DNA of 64,000 nucleotides from an uncultured Acidobacteriota bacterium (GTDB taxonomy: Bacteria; Acidobacteriota; Polarisedimenticolia; J045), in NCBI GenBank assembly GCA_963702425.1, contig CAVPCQ010000006.1, positions 32,001-96,000 on the forward strand. The letters run 5' to 3'. Below are positions 11,275 to 21,143 of this stretch, piece after piece. A program made the position numbers and the translations under genes. Under the pieces are notes generated by a model that saw only the letters and a program-made list of their open reading frames with translations, was not told the origin of the DNA and did not search any database. Position 1 is the stretch's first letter. Each line of letters starts with the position of its first letter.

Positions 11275-12079
11275 CGCGCCGGACCTCCTCGTCGACCAGC
11301 CTATCAAAGGCCGCCGTGCCGAGTCCGGGACCCCGGGTGGCGAGCAGGAAGACCTCGCGGTTCCCCTTCGGGCCCGCGACCGGCGAGGAGGCCGCGGCGG
11401 CCGGCCCCCAGCCCCGCTCCTCGAGGAAGTGGCCGACCCGCAGCACGGCGCGGCCGCGAAGCTCCGGATCGCGGACGACCCCGCCCCGGCCGACGAGCGC
11501 GGGCGAGAGCTCGAACTGCGGCTTGACCAGGAGCAGCAGCCGAGCCCCGGATCCGAGAAGGGGCAGGACCGCGGGCAGGACGAGGGTCAGCGAGATGAAC
11601 GACAGGTCGGCCGTGGCCAGGTCGTAGGGGGGAGCGACCTGGCCGGCGCCGAGGTAGCGCGCATTGCAGTGCTCGACGACGAGGACCCGGGGGTCGGCGC
11701 GGAGCCCGGCGTCGAGCAGGCCGTGACCGACGTCGACCGCCGTGACGTGGGCCGCGCCGCGGCGCAGCAGGACGTCGGTGAAGCCGCCCGTCGAGGCCCC
11801 GAGGTCGAGGCAGCGCCACCCGGCCGGGTCGAGGCCGAGCCGGTCGAGGACCGGGGCCAGTTTGAGGCCGCCGCGCGACGCGTAGAGCCGGTCGCCCTCG
11901 GTCAGCGCGAGTGCGGCGCCGGCGGGGACGGGAGTCCCCGGCTTGTCGACGCGCCGCCCGTCCACGAGGATGCGGCCGGCGATGACCAGCGCCTGCGCCT
12001 TCTCGCGCGAGGGAACGAGCCCGGCCTGGACCAACGCCAGATCGAGGCGCCGCCGGGGAGGCCGGGGCGCCCCGCCCAT
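11264..12079 (-). CDS. tlyA: TlyA family rRNA 2'-O-methyltransferase
   Basis: S4 domain RLDLALV..SREKAQALV, SRGGLKL, DLGASTGGFTD, DLSFISL, VKPQFE, GNRE. Confidence 0.95.
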   Translation of the reverse strand: MGGAPRPPRRRLDLALVQAGLVPSREKAQALVIAGRILVDGRRVDKPGTPVPAGAALALTEGDRLYASRGGLKLAPVLDRLGLDPAGWRCLDLGASTGGFTDVLLRRGAAHVTAVDVGHGLLDAGLRADPRVLVVEHCNARYLGAGQVAPPYDLATADLSFISLTLVLPAVLPLLGSGARLLLLVKPQFELSPALVGRGGVVRDPELRGRAVLRVGHFLEERGWGPAAAASSPVAGPKGNREVFLLATRGPGLGTAAFDRLVDEEVRRDAS

Positions 12080-12978
12080 CAATGGCTCCTGTCGACGGCC
12101 GCGCGCACGAGGGCGAGCACCGGATCCGCCGCCGGCCCGAGGGATGCCAAACCGGCGAGCGCCTCGTCCCGCAGCGCCGCCGCTCGTCGCAGCGCCGCGT
12201 CGAGCCCGACCAGCGCCGGCCAGGTCGCTTTCCCCTGAACGAGATCCTTGCCGGCCGTCTTGCCGAGCTGCTCGGTGGAGGCCGTGAGGTCGAGGATGTC
12301 GTCCTGGATCTGGAACGCTTCGCCGACCAGCTCGCCGCACCTCACCAGCCGCGCACGCACCGGTTCCGGAGCCGCGGCCGCGAGCGCCCCGAGCTCGAAG
12401 CAGGCGGTCAGGAGCGCACCGGTCTTCATCCGGTCGATGCGGGCGACGGCCCCGGCGTCGGCCGGAGTTCCGGCGGCGGCGAGGTCGAGCGCCTGGCCAC
12501 CGGCCATCCCGGCCGGTCCGGCCGCAGCCGCCAGCGCTACGACCTGCGCCGCGACCGTCGCTCCCGGGACTGCGCCGCGGGCGAGCACTTCGAACGCCCG
12601 GGTCTGCAGCGCGTCGCCGGCGAGGATCGCCATCGCCTCGCCGTAGACCTTGTGCGTCGTGGGCCGCCCACGCCGCAGGTCGTCGTCGTCCATCGCCGGC
12701 AGGTCGTCGTGCACGAGGCTGTAGGCGTGGATCATCTCGATCGCCACCGCCGCCGGCAGCGCCGCCGCGGTCGTTCCGCCGCAGGCGCGGCAGGCCGCGA
12801 GCGTCAGCAGCGGGCGCAGCCGCTTTCCCCCGCCGAGCAGCGCGTAGCGCATCGCTTCGAGCAGCTCCGCGTCTGCGCCCGCGAGCTCCTCCGGCGCGGC
12901 CAGGGCGTCCTCGAGCCCACGCTCGACCTGCTCGCGCCAAGCGGCGAGCGCGTCGGTGCCGGGCTCGGCGGCACTCAC
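12079..12978 (-). CDS. ispA: Farnesyl/geranylgeranyl diphosphate synthase
   Basis: GGKRLRP, HDDLPAMDDDDLRRG, KTG, FQIQDDILD, GKTAGKD. Confidence 0.95.
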   Translation of the reverse strand: MSAAEPGTDALAAWREQVERGLEDALAAPEELAGADAELLEAMRYALLGGGKRLRPLLTLAACRACGGTTAAALPAAVAIEMIHAYSLVHDDLPAMDDDDLRRGRPTTHKVYGEAMAILAGDALQTRAFEVLARGAVPGATVAAQVVALAAAAGPAGMAGGQALDLAAAGTPADAGAVARIDRMKTGALLTACFELGALAAAAPEPVRARLVRCGELVGEAFQIQDDILDLTASTEQLGKTAGKDLVQGKATWPALVGLDAALRRAAALRDEALAGLASLGPAADPVLALVRAAVDRSH

Positions 12979-13247
12979 GGCGCGTCCGTCGGCGGCTCGA
13001 ACGGCACGGCGAGGGGCTCGCCCGCCGTGCCGCGGACGAGCGCCTCGACCTTCATCTCCGCGGCTTGCAGCTGGGCCTCGAGCGCGCGGGCCAGCGCCAC
13101 CCCCTCCTCGAACAGCGCCAGGCTCTCTTCCAGCGGCAGCTCGCCCTGCTCCATCGCACCGACGATCGCCTCGAGCCGCGCGAGCGAGCGTTCGAACCCC
13201 TTGTCGTCGCCGGCGGGCGGCGCCGCCGATCCGGTCCTGTCGACCAT
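12975..13247 (-). CDS. xseB: Exodeoxyribonuclease VII small subunit
   Basis: FERSLARLEAIV..MEQGELPLEESLALFEEG; AGGAGGAGG RBS before ATG 13247. Confidence 0.93.
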   Translation of the reverse strand: MVDRTGSAAPPAGDDKGFERSLARLEAIVGAMEQGELPLEESLALFEEGVALARALEAQLQAAEMKVEALVRGTAGEPLAVPFEPPTDAP

Positions 13248-13297
13248 GCCTCCTCCTCGTCTCCTCGTCCCCGGCTCGACGCGGCCGCTCCCAGTCG

Positions 13298-14689
13298 TCA
13301 TGGTCGCTCGTCGATCGGGCCGTCCACCGTCGCCGCGAACGCGCCGCGGCCCAGCCGCACCGCGACGCGCTCCCCGGCCACGAGCGACGCCGCGTCGCGC
13401 ACCACCGCCGCCGGCCGGCCGGCCCGGGTGACGAGCGCGAAACCGCGGGCCAGCACCGCCAGCGGCGACAGCGCGTCGAGCTGCGCCACCAGCGCGGCGC
13501 AGCGGCTGCGGCCGGCCGCGAGCCGCCGCGCCACGGCGACGCGGAGCGCGGCGCGGGCGACGGCGAGGCGGTGACGCCGCCCCGCGAGCCGCGCGCGCTG
13601 CCCCTCGGGAGCCAGGCGTGCGACGAGCACGCCCAACGCGCGGCGCCGGCGATCGAGCACGGCCCGCTGCACCAGCTCGAGCCGGCGCTCGAGATCGGCC
13701 GCGTGGGCCGCCAGCCGGCTCAGCGCCCGCGGAACCGACCCCAGGGCGCGGGCGCCGGCGAGCGGTGCGAGGCGGGCGCGGGCGCGATCGATCCGGCGGC
13801 GCGCGGCCTGGGCCAGGCGCGATGCTCCGGAAGCGACGCGAGCCGCCATCTCGATCTCGGCCCGGACCACGACCTCGGCTGCCGCCGAGGGGGTCGGAGC
13901 GCGCAGGTCGGCGGCGAAGTCGGCCAGCGTGGTGTCGATCTCGTGGCCGACGCCGGTCACGACGGACGTGCGACAGGCGACGATCGCGCGCACCACCCGC
14001 TCGTCGTCGAAGGCCGCCAGATCCTCGCGCGCCCCGCCGCCGCGCACCACCAGCAGCAGGTCGAGGCCGCACGCGTCGGCCGCTGCGAGCGCGGCGACGA
14101 TCTCCTCGGGAGCCTTCGCCCCCTGCACGGTCGCCGGCACGACCAGCACGTGCAGGCCCGAGACGCGGCGCGCCAGGACGCGCAGCACGTCGCGCAGCGC
14201 CGCGCCGTCGGGCGAGGTCACGACACCGATCCGGCGGGCCAGCGCCGGCAGCGCCTGCTTCCGCTCGGCGTCGAACAGCCCTTCCGCGGCGAGCCGGGCC
14301 TTGAGCTGCTCGAAGGCCAGCGCAGCCGAGCCGGCCCCGACCGGCTCGAGCGCCGAGACCGCGAGCTGGAACCGGCCCTGCACCGCGTAGACCGAGGGGA
14401 GCGCCAGCGCCAGCACCTCGAGGCCGTCCCCGGGCGTGAAGCGGACGCGCAGGTTCTCGCGCCGGAACATCGCGCAGGAGATCGACGCCCGCCCGTCGGT
14501 CAGCGAGAAGTACCAGTGCCCGGAGCCGTGCGCGACGAAGCGCACGATCTCGCCCGCGACCCAGACCGGGCCGATCCCCTCGCGTAGCTGCGCGTCAGCC
14601 AGCTCGTTGAGCTGCGTGACGGTCAGCGGCGCGAGGCGTGAGCCAGGGAGGGGATCGTCACCACCCGGCGTGTGCGCGCCGGAGCGCAT
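13298..14689 (-). CDS. xseA: Exodeoxyribonuclease VII large subunit
   Basis: VWVAGEI, SGHWYFSL, RGGG..EDL, GVGHEID, PTPSAAAE, LSPLAVLARG. Confidence 0.96.
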   Translation of the reverse strand: MRSGAHTPGGDDPLPGSRLAPLTVTQLNELADAQLREGIGPVWVAGEIVRFVAHGSGHWYFSLTDGRASISCAMFRRENLRVRFTPGDGLEVLALALPSVYAVQGRFQLAVSALEPVGAGSAALAFEQLKARLAAEGLFDAERKQALPALARRIGVVTSPDGAALRDVLRVLARRVSGLHVLVVPATVQGAKAPEEIVAALAAADACGLDLLLVVRGGGAREDLAAFDDERVVRAIVACRTSVVTGVGHEIDTTLADFAADLRAPTPSAAAEVVVRAEIEMAARVASGASRLAQAARRRIDRARARLAPLAGARALGSVPRALSRLAAHAADLERRLELVQRAVLDRRRRALGVLVARLAPEGQRARLAGRRHRLAVARAALRVAVARRLAAGRSRCAALVAQLDALSPLAVLARGFALVTRAGRPAAVVRDAASLVAGERVAVRLGRGAFAATVDGPIDERP

Positions 14690-15477
14690 CAGGCGCCCCC
14701 GGCCCCGCGCGCGAGCCGGCGCACCGCCGTCGCGCGGCCGCTTCCCTCGTCGATCTCGAACAGCGCGCCGCGCAGGCCGGGCTCGCCATCGGAGGGGTCG
14801 GCGTGTCCCGGGCGGCCGGTCAGGAACCGGCGCAGCGCGGCCTCGCGCTGCATCCCGATCACGCCGCCGTAGGGGCCGGTCATGCCGAGGTCGGTGATGA
14901 ACCCGGTCCCTCCCGGGAGAACCCGGGCATCGGCGGTCTGGACGTGGGTGTGGGTCCCGAACACTCCGGCGACGCGGCCGTCGAGGTAGGTGGCGAGCGC
15001 CAGCTTCTCCGACGACGCCTCGGCGTGGAAGTCGACGACGATCGCGTCGGCCCGGCCGGAGAGCTGTTCGAGAACGCGGTCCGCGGCGCGGAAGGGATCG
15101 TCGACCGGCGGCATGAAGACGCGCCCCTGCAGGTTGACGACCGCGATCCGCAGTCCGGCCAGCGACGGCGCGACGAGGAAGCCGCGGCCGGGACAGGGTT
15201 CGGGGTAGTTGACCGGCCGCAGCAGGCGCGGCTCGCGCTCGAGCAGCTGGTCGTGCCCCTTTTGGGCCCAGACGTGGTTGCCGGACGTCAGGCAGTCGGC
15301 GCCCGCCTCGAGCATGGCGCGCGCTCCGGCCGCATCGACTCCGCGGCCTCCCTTGATGTTCTCGACGTTGACCACGACGAACGCCGCGTCGTGTTCCTCG
15401 CGCAGCCTCGGCAGCCACTGCGCCACCGCGCGCCGCCCGGTCTCCCCGAAGACATCCCCGATCGCGAGCAGGTTCAT
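14689..15477 (-). CDS. ymdB: YmdB/TIGR00282 family metallophosphoesterase
   Basis: GDVFGE, NVEN, SGNH, DFHAEASSEK, GTHTHVQTAD; downstream of rny. Confidence 0.93.
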   Translation of the reverse strand: MNLLAIGDVFGETGRRAVAQWLPRLREEHDAAFVVVNVENIKGGRGVDAAGARAMLEAGADCLTSGNHVWAQKGHDQLLEREPRLLRPVNYPEPCPGRGFLVAPSLAGLRIAVVNLQGRVFMPPVDDPFRAADRVLEQLSGRADAIVVDFHAEASSEKLALATYLDGRVAGVFGTHTHVQTADARVLPGGTGFITDLGMTGPYGGVIGMQREAALRRFLTGRPGHADPSDGEPGLRGALFEIDEGSGRATAVRRLARGAGGA

Positions 15478-15495
15478 GGCGCGCCGCGGTCGCGC

Positions 15496-17059
15496 TCAGA
15501 CCGCGTAGCTGACGGCGCGGGTCTCGCGGATCACGACGACTCGGATCTGCCCGGGGTAGTCGACCGTCTTCTCGATCTCGAGTGCCAGGTTGCGGGCCAG
15601 GAGCAGCGCCTGCTCGTCGGAGGTCGCCTCGGCCCTCACGTGGACCCGCAGCTCGCGGCCGGCGCGGACCGCCGTGGCGCGCTCGATTCCCTCGTGCGCC
15701 AGAGCCATCCGCTCGACCTCTTCCAGGCGGTCCATGTGGCGCTGCAGGTTGTCGTTCCGGGCCCCGGGGCGCGAGACCACGATCCGCCGGGCGGTGGCGA
15801 GGACCACCCCTTCCGGCGTGCGCGGCGCGTCATTGGGTTGCGCCAGCAGGCGAATCGGGTGCGTGACCGCGGGCTGCTCGCCGAAGCGGGTCGCGAGATC
15901 GGCGCTGGCGATCGCCGGGTGCTGCAGCAGCGGCACCTTGTCCGCGCGGGCGACGTCGTGGAGCAGCCCGGCGCGCCGCAGGGCGTCGCCGGACAGGCGC
16001 ATCTCGTCGCCCAGCTCGCCCGCGATCAGCGCCACCTCGCGCGCGCGCTGGAGCAGGCTCTGCCCGTGGTCGCTGGCGAACGACAGCCGACCGAGCAGGA
16101 GCACGAGGCGCTCGTGCAGACCGGTGATCCCGAGCTCGAAGATCGCCGCCTCGCCCCGCTCGCGCGCTTCCTCGTCGGCCTCCGAGCGCGACTTCTCGAC
16201 GACCTCCTCGATCCGCGCGGGGTGGATCCGGCCGTCTTCGACCAGCTTCTGCAGCGAGCGCGCGGCGATCGTGCGCCGCAGCGGGTCCCACGACGCCAGC
16301 AGGATCGCGTGCGGCGTGTCGTCGACCAGAAAGTCGACTCCCGTGGTGTGCTCGAGGGCGCGGATGTTGCGTCCCTCGCGCCCGATCACGCGTCCCTTCA
16401 TCTCGTCGCTCGGCAGCTCGACGAGGGAGATCGTCCCTTCGATCGCGACCGACCCGCGGACCGACGCCATCGCGCGCAGGACCAGTTCGCGCGCGCGCTC
16501 GTCGGCGGCGAGCCGGGCGCTCTCTTCGGCGCGGGCGACATGGCGGGCGACTTCGCCCGAGAGCTCCCGCTCCAGGGTGGCGATCAGGCGCTCCCTGGCC
16601 TCGTCGGCCGAGAGCCCGGCGACCTGCTCGAGCCGGCTGCGGATCTGGTCCTCGCTGCCGGCGATCCGCGCCTCCCGCTCATCGAGCCGCGTCGAGCGGG
16701 CGTCGAGGGCGCCGGCCCGCTCGGCCATCTCCTCGGCCTTCGCGTCGAGCGTCGCGCCGCGCTCCTCCAGCTTCTGCCGCCGGTCGGCCAGCTCGGCGGA
16801 CCGGCGAGTGACCTCCTCGGTCTTGCGCGCGGCCTCGGCCTCGCGCTGGGCGATCCGTTCGCGGAGCCGTCGCTCCTCGTCGACGACCCGCCGGCGGACC
16901 TGCTCCTCCACCCGGCGCTCGAGTTCGAGCTCGAGCTGGGTGAGGCGCTCGATCTGCTGCGAGAGCTGGCGCGAGCGCCGCGCGGCGAAGATCGCCAGAC
17001 GCGGCCACGACGACCACGAGAGCCGCGTCCAGCATTCCGAGCCAGAGCAACGGGTTCAT
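15496..17059 (-). CDS. rny: Ribonuclease Y (apparent frameshift ~16998; degenerate HD domain)
   Basis: N-terminal TM, coiled coil, KH motif KGRVIGREGRNIR, DGRIHPARIEE, LLHD, YPGQIRVVVIRETR. Confidence 0.9.
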
Positions 17060-17088
17060 GCGGTCCGCCGGTCGATCGATCGAAGTGG

Positions 17089-17287
17089 CCGGCAGATCGG
17101 GGCGGTGGGCGGATGCGGGATTGATGCCTGGAGGACCAGGTGGGTGCCCTCCCGCGGGCTTAGGCTTCCTTCAGTCGTGGCGCGCAAGGCGCCGAGAAGG
17201 CCTGCACACCCTCCGCGGAGTCCAGGCTCCCGAGGTGGTGCTGTTGGCTCAAGCGCGATCCGCCGGCACGTAAACCCGTTCTGCCGG
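17089..17287 (-). ncRNA. ssrS: 6S RNA
   Basis: Between zapA and rny (known 6S synteny); terminal stem ccggcagaacggg/cccgatctgccgg; motifs TTGAGCC, GGGAGCC, GGCACCCACCTG; own sigma70 promoter. Confidence 0.8.
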
Positions 17288-17295
17288 TCGGGAGC

Positions 17296-17324
17296 AGTAT
17301 GCGGGGCTGTGGCGGGGGGGTCAA
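17296..17324 (-). promoter_or_regulatory. sigma70-type promoter of 6S RNA
   Basis: TTGACC-17 nt-CATACT. Confidence 0.65.
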
Positions 17325-17342
17325 CCGCCACCGGCACGCGAG

Positions 17343-17687
17343 TCAGCCGCGTGGCTCGTCCACCGGCTCGATCGCCGCGGCGAGCTGCAGCAGGCTCTCC
17401 TCGAGGCGCCGCGCGCGCTGCCCCACGGCGCGCGCGCGCACCAGCCAGGCCTCGCGCCGCTCCTCGTGCTCCGAGGCGAGGTTGAGCGCGGCGAGCACCG
17501 CGACCTTGAAGTCGTCGCGCAGCCCGGACGCGCCCGCCACCTCGGCCAGCGCGTCGTCGACGCGGGCGGCCAGGGCGCGCAGCAGCGCCGGGTCCTCGCC
17601 GCGGAGCCGGTAGAGCCGGCCGGCGAGTTCGACCTCGACCACCTGCGCCGCCGGCCGGGCCGGGGGAACTCCGTTTTCCGGCATCAC
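17343..17687 (-). CDS. zapA: Cell division protein ZapA
   Basis: VEVELAGRLYRLRG, LAARVDDAL, KVAVLAALNLASE. Confidence 0.85.
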   Translation of the reverse strand: MMPENGVPPARPAAQVVEVELAGRLYRLRGEDPALLRALAARVDDALAEVAGASGLRDDFKVAVLAALNLASEHEERREAWLVRARAVGQRARRLEESLLQLAAAIEPVDEPRG

Positions 17688-17710
17688 GCGAACGGTCCTC
17701 CGGGGAGGGG

Positions 17711-17760
17711 ATTATACGGGGTCGGGGGGCGAGCCCGGGGTCGGGGATCGAGGATACAAT
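17711..17760. promoter_or_regulatory. Divergent -10 elements for zapA (TATAAT, minus, 17711-17716) and pheS (TACAAT, plus, 17755-17760)
   Basis: Two consensus or near-consensus -10 hexamers in an otherwise very GC-rich spacer; no clear -35. Confidence 0.45.
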
Positions 17761-17794
17761 CCGCCGTTCTGCGCGGCAGGCGCGGGAGGTCGGC

Positions 17795-19334
17795 GTGGGT
17801 GCGGTCTTGCGCGAGGTCGAAGTGCGGGTGCTGGAGGCCCTTCCGCCGGACGGCGGGGCGCTCGGGGTCGAGGATCTGGCGCGCCGCCTGGGGCTCGACC
17901 AGAGTCCGGTGGCGGGCGCGGTCGCGACGCTCGCCGAGCGCGGCCTGGTGACCGTTTCGGAGGAGTCCGAGGACGAGTACCGGGTCGGCGCCGAAGGCGG
18001 CGGGCTGGGAGCGGTTGTGTCTTTCCGGAGCGGCGGGTCGCGCGGGCCCTCGCGGTGGCCGGCGGAGAGGCCGAGATCCCGACCCTCGCTGCGGCCTCGG
18101 GGTTGTCGACGAAGGAGATCGGCGAGTCGCTGCGCTGGTTGACCCAGCGCGGCTGGGCCGCGAAGGACGGCGCACGGCTGCGTGCGACGGAGGCCTGGGC
18201 GGGCGCCGAGCCGGCGGCCGAGCCCGACGAGCGCCTGCTGCAGTTCCTCGTCGATCACGGACCGGCGCGCCGGGCTGCGGTGCTCGACGCCGGCGAGGCG
18301 CTCGATGCCGCGCTCGAGCGCCTGGCCGCGCGCGCCGGGGTCGTCGAGCGCCGCGAGCGGCGCCGGCGGCTGGTCGCGATGACCGTTGAGGGCGCGGCGC
18401 TCCGGGCGGGAGGGGTCGAGTCCCGCCGCGAGGTCAACGAGCTGACCACCGAGCTGCTGGTGTCGGGACGCTGGCGCGAGGTCGCGTTCCGCGCCTACGA
18501 CATCGGCCTGCCCGGCCCGGAGGTGGTGCCGGGCAAGGAGCACCCGTTTCCGGCGGATCCTCCACGAAACGCGGCGGGTCTTCCTCGAGATGGGTTTCGA
18601 GGAGACGAAGAGCCCGTGGGTGGAGTCGGCCTTCTGGGACTTCGACGCGCTGTTCCAGCCGCAGGACCACCCGGCGCGCGACATGCAGGACACCTTCTAC
18701 GTCGCGCGACCGGAGCGGGCGACGCTGCCCGATCCGGCGCTGGTCGAGCGCGTGCGCCGCACCCACGAGGACGGCGGCGACACCGGCTCGATCGGCTGGC
18801 GAACGCGGTGGGACCCGGCCCTGGCCGAGCGCTGCGTGCTGCGGACCCACACCACCGCCGCGACGGTGCGCGCGCTCTACGCCGACCCGCGGCCCGCCGC
18901 GGCGCGTCTTCTCGGTCGGCCCGGTCTTCCGGCGCGAGACGATCGACTACAAGCACCTGCCGGTCTTCCACCAGGTCGACGGGATCGTGATCGACGCCAA
19001 CGCGTCGTTTGCGATGCTGCTGACGCTCCTGACGACCTTCTACCGGAAGATGGGCTTCCCGCGGATCCAGTTCCGGCCCGCCTTCTTCCCCTACACCGAG
19101 CCGTCGGTCGAGGTCTTCGTCTACCTCGAGTCGCGCCAGGACTGGGTCGAGATGGGCGGGGCAGGGATCTTCCGGCCCGAGGTCACCGAGCCGCTCGGCT
19201 GCACCGCGCCGGTGCTGGCCTGGGGCCTCGGCCTCGAGCGGGTGGCGATGTTCCGCTTCGGCCTGTCGGACATCCGCGAGATCTACCTCGCCCACCTCGA
19301 GTGGCTCGAGGAGACGCCGCTGTGCCGATCCTAG
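17795..19334 (+). CDS. pheS: Phenylalanine--tRNA ligase alpha subunit, archaeal/eukaryal type (several apparent frameshifts)
   Basis: N-terminal winged-helix-like segments, FWDFDALFQPQDHPARDMQDTFY, LRTHTT, FFPYTEPS, GIFRPEV, AWGLGLER; pieces in ORFs 17795, 18055, 18590 and 18987. Confidence 0.88.
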
Positions 19335-21143
19335 GGATCCCGCTCGACGAGCTCTTCGCGCGCTACGGCGCGACCATCGAGCCCGCCGAGCTCGAGCACG
19401 AGCTGCACCGCTTCGGCTGCTCGGTCGAGGGCTGGGCGACTGCCTATCGCTGGCGCTGCCCGTCATGCGGCACGCTCTCGGAAGGGGGCGAGGACGCCGC
19501 GCCGCCGCCGGCCTGCGAGGGTTGCGGGGTCGAACTGCGCTCCGCGGCAACGCTCGGCGTGCCGGCAGGCGAAGTCCGGGTGCTGCGGATGGAACTGCTC
19601 GCCGTGCGGCCCGACCTGTTCGGCCCGGAGGGGCTGGCGCGCGGGCTGCGGGGCTTCCTGCGCCGCGAGTCGGGTGCGCCGCGCTACCGCCTCGAGCCCG
19701 GGAGCTTCACGGTCGACGTGGATCCCGCGCTGGCCGGGCCGGGCGTGCACCGCCCGCGGATCGTCGCCGCGATCGTGCGCGGGCTGACGCTCGACGACGC
19801 GCGGCTGCGCGGCCTGATGAAGCTGCAGGAGAACGTCCACTGGGCGCTGGGCCGCGACCGCAAGCTGGCCTCGATCGGCGTCTACGACCTGGCGACCGTC
19901 GCCGGTCCCGCGCTCTCGTACCGCGCGGTCGAGCTGGACGGCGTGCGCTTCGTGCCGCTGGGCTTCGATCCGGCGCAGCCGCACGCCGCGCTGACGCCGC
20001 GCGAGATCCTGCAGAAGCACCCCAAGGGGACCGCCTACGCCTGGCTGCTGGAAGGGAACACCAGGGCCCCGCTGCTGGCCGACGCGAAGGGGAGCGTGCT
20101 GTCGATGCCGCCGATCATCAACAGTGAGGCGACGCGCGTCACCACCGCGACGAAGGACGTCGTGATCGACGTCACGGGTCTGGCCGACCGCCACATCGAC
20201 AAGGCGCTGGCGATGGTCGTGACCAGCCTGCTCGAGGCCTGCCCCGGGGCGCACGCCGAGACGGTCACGGTCCGGTACGCGGACGGGGCGCGCGTCACGC
20301 CCGACCTCGCGCCGCACGAGGTCGTCCTCGATCCCGTCGCCGCCGGCCGGTTGATCGGCGTGGCGTGGACCGCCGAGGACGTCGCCGAGCTGCTGCGCTT
20401 CATGCGCCACGACGCGACGGTGGTCGACGGCCAGGTGCATCGTCCAGGTCCCGGCGTGGCGCTCGGACATCCTGCATCCACGCGACCTGGTCGAGGACGC
20501 GGCGATCGCTCACGGCTACGACCGGATCCCCGCGGTCGGCCTGGCGGCGGCGACGATCGGACTGCCCGAGCAACGGGAAGAGGACGCCGCGCGGGCGCGC
20601 GAGGCACTCGCCGGGATGGGTTTCCTCGAGGTCATGACGCTCGCGCTGACCTCGGAGGAGGCGACCTACCGCAAGACCGGACTGCCCGACGACGACCGCC
20701 AGGTCACGATCGAGAACCCGATCTCGATCGAGCAGACGATGGTCCGGATCTCGGTCGTGCCGGGACTGCTGGAGACGCTGGCGATCAACCTCGGCCACCC
20801 GTATCCGCAGCGGATCTTCGAGGTCGGCCTCGTCGTGCACGCCGACGCGTCGCGCGAGACCGGCGCCGCGGAGACGATGGTCGCCGGCTGCGCGCTGGCG
20901 GGCGACGGATTCGGCTATGCCGACGCGCGCTCCGCGGTCGACGCGCTGCTGCGCGAGACCGGGCGCGACGGCGGCGGGACCAGCTTCCGCGCGCTCGACT
21001 GGCCGCTCTTCATCCCGGGCCGCGGGGCCGAGATCCTCGACGGGGCGGGGGAGCGAATCGGGGTCGTGGGCGAGGTCCACCCCGAGGTGCTGACCCGCTA
21101 CCGGATGATCCACCCGGTCGCGCTCGCCGAGATCACACTCTAA
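19322..21143 (+). CDS. pheT: Phenylalanine--tRNA ligase beta subunit, archaeal type (apparent frameshift ~20438)
   Basis: RPDL..EGLAR, KLQE..H..LGRDRK.ASIGVYDL, SMPPIINS, RSDILHPRDLVED, FIPGR, GEVHPEVL; about 607 aa. Confidence 0.88.
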
